A stretch of 64,000 bases of DNA, from the NCBI GenBank assembly GCA_965205855.1, contig OZ242184.1:576001-640000 (forward strand). Direction: 5' to 3'. The notes under the pieces are model-generated. The model saw nothing but the letters and a program-made list of their open reading frames with translations. It made no database searches and was not told the origin of the DNA. This stretch comes from Thermodesulfobacteriota bacterium. Lineage in GTDB: Bacteria > Desulfobacterota_D > UBA1144 > Nemesobacterales > Mycalebacteriaceae. Both the position numbers and the translations under genes were made by a program. This document shows positions 59,890 to 64,000 of the stretch, in pieces (the stretch's first letter is position 1; each line of letters begins with the position of its first letter).

Positions 59890-61991
59890 TTCTTTACCTC
59901 AACAACCCTCATCGTATCATTCCCGAAAATATCAATAACCTTGACCGCAACCTTGCACGGCAATGCTACCTCTTTCTCCACGCTTTCAAACTCAAGTTCG
60001 CGGTTCTTTTTTGTACGGAAGCTCTGCCATTCATTCTCAAACACAAAATCACCCGTTGCTTTTTCTTCTGTCTCTCCGGTTTCGGGGTTTGTTATGCGGA
60101 CGATTTCCTTTTTGCTTTCAAAATCAAAGTCCACCGCCCAGTAGTCAATCCAGTCCTTCCAATCTTTGGTTAATATTTCGCGTGATGTATTGCCGCCATC
60201 TTTGTCTTTGCTGATTTTCACAACTTTGCCATCGTCCACGATAACTTTGCTTTTGCCGTTTTTTAGAGTTTCCACAGCGTTTGAGTCTTGCTGATAATGT
60301 GCTGAATAGCCGGAAAGTTTCACTGAAACAAAAACTTGTTTCTTCTCCTCACTGGTATGAATTTCCACATCAACATATGAAACATCATGAAAAACAACCT
60401 GTCCTTTATCAACTGCGCGTTTATCAAAAACATCTGGAGGGATGTATTTCAGGTTCAAATCTATGCCTTGTGCTTTGGCTTCTTCCTGAGCACTTGGGAA
60501 CAGTCCCATTTCAAACTCAAAGGCGAGGATGTCTGCGCGTGTAATTTTCCTTTCAAAGCATTCGGTTATGAGCGTTTCCACAAAGGGACGGGCAACGGGC
60601 AGATTGATTGGTCCAATTGCAACCATCCGCCCTGCTTTCTTGCCTTGAAAAACTCCACCGTTCTCAATGGCTTCCGCACTATAGGCAGTCAAAATCAATT
60701 CTTCATATTCACGCTCTTTTTGCCGGAGTTGAACATTCCGCTCTCTTTCTTCAAGATTTGGATTGATGCCAATGTAATGTTGTCTTTCATATTTGCCGAG
60801 ATTCAAAACTTCAAAAGCGCGGTAGTCTTTGCTGTCTTTTTTCAATTCCCGCTGAACACCAATCATACGCTTACGCGTTGTATGAATGGCAAACTTGCCC
60901 AAGTCGGAACAAATCCATTTGCGCCCAAGTTTCTCGGCAACGGCGGCGGTTGTGCCGGAACCACAGAAGAAATCGGCGATTAGGTCATCCTCATTTGAGG
61001 AGGCTTTGATAATGCGTTCCAGCAGGGCTTCGGGTTTTTGTGTGGGGTAGCCGAGGCGTTCCTTCGCTTGAGGATTAACAATCGGCATTCTCCACACATC
61101 TTGAACATGCTTATCTAAATATGACTTCACCCCACTAGGAACTTTGGGGTTGGTTTTTGGACGAATGTACCAAACAAACTCGCCTTTCTCGTCCTCTTCA
61201 ATTTTTTCGGACGAATATTCTTTTGTTCTTTCTTTTTGAATATTAAAAATATAATTTTCTTTCTTGGCGTAAAGATAAATAACGTCATGCTTTTGTGCAA
61301 AACTTTTTTGTCCTACACCACCACTGACATAATTCCACACAACCTGATTAACAAAATTCTCTGCACCAAAAACCTCATCCATCGCCAACCGAATATACGA
61401 GTTCACCCGCCAATCACAATGCACATAAATACTTCCATCTTCTGCGAGTAAATCTTTCATCAGTTTCAACCGTTCATAAATCATCGCAATAAAAGAATCT
61501 GCCCCCTTTCCCCAAGTATCCCGATAGGCAATTTGTTCAAGAACTCCCGGCTCTTTTTCCAGTGTTTCATCACCAATATCTATATTCATTGTAAAATCCG
61601 CGCCAACATCAAACGGCGGATCGATGTAAATCAGTTTCAGTCCGCCTTGTTTCTCAATCTCTTTTCTCAAAGAACCGTGTAAGAGCGATGACAAAATCAG
61701 TTTGTTATCGCCCCATATAAGTTTGTTGCTCCAGCCCTTGAGTTGCCTTCCTGTTTGATGGTTAAACAACCCAAGTTGAGACTCCATCGCTTGTTCGGAA
61801 CGCGGTTCATCCACTTGCTCAATTGTTTGAAATGGCAACACCACATCGCAAACGGCGTTTGTCTTGCCGTTCCAAAGCAGTTCTACTTGCCGCGTTTCAT
61901 CAAATAGCAAAAAGCGGTATTTCTCCGGTAGCGGCTTGCCAGCGTCCAGATGGCGCAGAACTTCTTGTTTTTCTTGGTTAGTTAGTTTCAT
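59886..61991 (-). CDS. mod: Type III DNA methyltransferase Mod subunit (beta class, amino-MTase)
   Basis: LIYIDPPF, YPTQKPEALL, DFFCGSGTT; upstream of res. Confidence 0.93.
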   Translation of the reverse strand: MKLTNQEKQEVLRHLDAGKPLPEKYRFLLFDETRQVELLWNGKTNAVCDVVLPFQTIEQVDEPRSEQAMESQLGLFNHQTGRQLKGWSNKLIWGDNKLILSSLLHGSLRKEIEKQGGLKLIYIDPPFDVGADFTMNIDIGDETLEKEPGVLEQIAYRDTWGKGADSFIAMIYERLKLMKDLLAEDGSIYVHCDWRVNSYIRLAMDEVFGAENFVNQVVWNYVSGGVGQKSFAQKHDVIYLYAKKENYIFNIQKERTKEYSSEKIEEDEKGEFVWYIRPKTNPKVPSGVKSYLDKHVQDVWRMPIVNPQAKERLGYPTQKPEALLERIIKASSNEDDLIADFFCGSGTTAAVAEKLGRKWICSDLGKFAIHTTRKRMIGVQRELKKDSKDYRAFEVLNLGKYERQHYIGINPNLEERERNVQLRQKEREYEELILTAYSAEAIENGGVFQGKKAGRMVAIGPINLPVARPFVETLITECFERKITRADILAFEFEMGLFPSAQEEAKAQGIDLNLKYIPPDVFDKRAVDKGQVVFHDVSYVDVEIHTSEEKKQVFVSVKLSGYSAHYQQDSNAVETLKNGKSKVIVDDGKVVKISKDKDGGNTSREILTKDWKDWIDYWAVDFDFESKKEIVRITNPETGETEEKATGDFVFENEWQSFRTKKNRELEFESVEKEVALPCKVAVKVIDIFGNDTMRVVEVKK

Positions 61992-62086
61992 GAGGGAAAC
62001 TTCTAAGAGGGAAAGGTCTAATCATAACACATTGCCCTTGAAAGCAATTCTCCCTAATCTCTCCAAACCCCTTATACTCCTCCCCT

Positions 62087-62890
62087 ATGAAAACAGTCCG
62101 CACAGCCGTTTTGATACTGATTTGCGCTTTGGCGTATTCATCTCCGTCCGCCGCCGGGGTTTGGAAACTCTGGCAAAAACACGGAGAAATGACAAGGGTT
62201 GTCTCCCATGAAAAATGGGGAGATTTTCTCTCCCGCTATCTTTCGGAAAAAGATGGTGTTGCGCTTTTTGACTATGGCGGTGTCTCATCAGAAGATAAAG
62301 CCGTTCTGGACAACTATGTCGCCGAACTCTCCGCCGCTCCGGTGCTTTCATTTTCCCGCGATGAGCAGTTTGTCTACTGGGTGAATCTCTACAACGCGTT
62401 GACCGTTCAACTTGTGCTGGACAACTATCCCGTGCCTTCCATAAAAAAAATATATACAAGACTTGTGTCCATCGGCCCGTGGTATAAAAAACTAACCGTT
62501 GTTGAGGGCGAGAAAATTTCCCTTAACGACATTGAACACCGCATCTTGCGCCCGATTTGGAAAGACCCGCGCGTGCATTACGCGATTAACTGCGCGTCCA
62601 TCGGCTGCCCGAATCTGACCACCGCATATACGGTGGAAAATGCGGAGGAACTTCTCCAAGACGCCGCCGTTGCCTATATAAATCATCCGCGTGGAGTGGA
62701 AGTGAAGGATGGAAAGTTGCGGGTTTCATCCATATTCAAATGGTTCAAAGAAGATTTCGGCACAAGCGACAAGGCGATTATCGCCCACATAAAGAAATAC
62801 GCCTCTCCCGAATTACACAAACAGTTGGAAGGAATTACCGAAATATCCGAAGACCGTTACGACTGGTCGCTGAATACAAAAAGGAAGTGA
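62087..62890 (+). CDS. DUF547-domain exported protein
   Basis: Signal peptide, W.NLYNALT, SLNDIEH.ILR, DPRVHYA.NCASIGCP, YDWSLN. Confidence 0.9.
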   Translation: MKTVRTAVLILICALAYSSPSAAGVWKLWQKHGEMTRVVSHEKWGDFLSRYLSEKDGVALFDYGGVSSEDKAVLDNYVAELSAAPVLSFSRDEQFVYWVNLYNALTVQLVLDNYPVPSIKKIYTRLVSIGPWYKKLTVVEGEKISLNDIEHRILRPIWKDPRVHYAINCASIGCPNLTTAYTVENAEELLQDAAVAYINHPRGVEVKDGKLRVSSIFKWFKEDFGTSDKAIIAHIKKYASPELHKQLEGITEISEDRYDWSLNTKRK

Positions 62891-62893
62891 GAA

Positions 62894-64000
62894 GTGATAA
62901 TTAAAAAATGGGGATTTTTTACGCAAACAGTTTTTATTTTTCTGATTTTCTTTTCTTTCTCCTCTGAAAGCCGGGCTGTTCTGCCCCGTGATGTCTGGCG
63001 CGGGGTCTGTCTTGCTCATTCATGGGAGCGGGGAGGCAAACTTGGCTACGGAAGCGAAGCGGGTTTTGAGGCGCTCATTCATCTAAAGAAACAGGGCGTT
63101 GACTATGTTTCCATTACGCCATTTGGATTTATGGAATCTCTTAATTCGTCCGAAGTGATTGGCACACATAACTCGTCTTTTAGGTTCATCGAAACCGATG
63201 AGCGCGTGACGCAGGCAACCGCTCAGGCAAAACGGCTTGGTATGCGCGTGATGCTAAAACCTCATATCTGGATTAAAGGCGGACAAACACGCGAGAAAAT
63301 CGCCCCCGAAGACGCCGACGGGAGAGCCGCTTGGGACAAATGGTGGAACAATCACAATGAGTGGATTGTGTACTACGCGAAACTCGCCGCAAAACTTGAC
63401 ATTGACAGTCTGGTTATCGGTGTGGAACTGCATTCCGCCTTGAAAAACCGTCCCGATAAGTTTATTGAACTTGCGGATGCTGTCCGGCGCGTTTACAAGG
63501 GGCATATCACTTACGCCACAAACTGGGACAAAATTGCTCCGCCCGAAGTGTGGAAAGCGGTGGACTCAATCGGCGTTCAGCTTTATCCCCCACTTATAAA
63601 AAAGGGCGGCAGACAGACCGATACCGCAATGCGCGAAAATCTGAACCGCCATCTCATGCGCTGGATTGAAATTGCGAACGGGTTTTCCAAACCGTTTGTG
63701 ATAACGGAGTTCGGCTTCCGTTCCGCGGACGGCGCGGCTTTTTATCCTTATGCGTGGCCCGACCGCAAAACTGATGAGGAACCGGATGAGGAATTACAGG
63801 CGCGCCTTTACACAATCTTTTTTGAAGAGATTTCAAAACGCGAAGAGGTGAAGGGAATGTTTCTCTGGAAATACTTTACAAACAAAGGTACCGATGAAGA
63901 GGGTCCGACCGGTTTTAGTCCCAGGGGGAAATTGGCGGAAAAGGTTATACGCAAATGGTATGGGGGAGTAGGGGACGGAGAGGAGAGGCGGTTTTGGAAA
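62894..64000 (+). CDS. Glycoside hydrolase family 113-like exported protein, 3' truncated by window edge (absent from ORF track)
   Basis: GTG start after AAGGAAG, MIIKKWGFF signal peptide, GM.VMLKPHIW, IGVEL, TYATNWD, TEFGF, GMFLW, FSP.GK.AE; no stop before 64000. Confidence 0.82.
   Translation, partial: MIIKKWGFFTQTVFIFLIFFSFSSESRAVLPRDVWRGVCLAHSWERGGKLGYGSEAGFEALIHLKKQGVDYVSITPFGFMESLNSSEVIGTHNSSFRFIETDERVTQATAQAKRLGMRVMLKPHIWIKGGQTREKIAPEDADGRAAWDKWWNNHNEWIVYYAKLAAKLDIDSLVIGVELHSALKNRPDKFIELADAVRRVYKGHITYATNWDKIAPPEVWKAVDSIGVQLYPPLIKKGGRQTDTAMRENLNRHLMRWIEIANGFSKPFVITEFGFRSADGAAFYPYAWPDRKTDEEPDEELQARLYTIFFEEISKREEVKGMFLWKYFTNKGTDEEGPTGFSPRGKLAEKVIRKWYGGVGDGEERRFWK

Noticed and set aside
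59886-61991. Phase-variable mod (phasevarion)
   Set aside because: No simple-sequence repeat tract was seen in or upstream of mod.

Overview
Bacterial chromosomal window. Positions 1-9631 hold the 3' part of a giant repetitive autotransporter adhesin (PKD-like, cadherin/Ig-like and Calx-beta-like modules, C-terminal beta-barrel). A single missing C at about 4501 splits it into two ORFs. It is followed by an IS1595-family transposase scrap and the decayed tail of a second beta-barrel gene. Positions 10.2-53 kb are dense, mostly housekeeping genes (mtnP, rsmG, addAB, Mn/Zn ABC operon with DtxR/MntR-type regulator, IHF/HU, def, tpiA, secG, nth, pckA, fumC, trxA, hisS, isolated nuoG-nuoH, panE, pyrF, nagZ) and three tRNAs. 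Positions 53.3-62 kb form an accessory/defence island: a secreted trypsin-like protease with six near-identical 102-bp TPR repeats, a multiply frameshifted four-helix-bundle (Avd-fold superfamily) pseudogene, and a type III restriction-modification pair interrupted by an AT-rich XRE-ImmA (broken) + PIN (intact) cassette. The strongest signal is the TPR array: every difference between the copies is non-synonymous, at codon positions 1-2, and concentrated on the TPR ligand-binding groove, which suggests a diversifying substrate-recognition module. No CRISPR array, rRNA, reverse transcriptase or intact integrase was seen. All family assignments come from motif recognition, not database searches.
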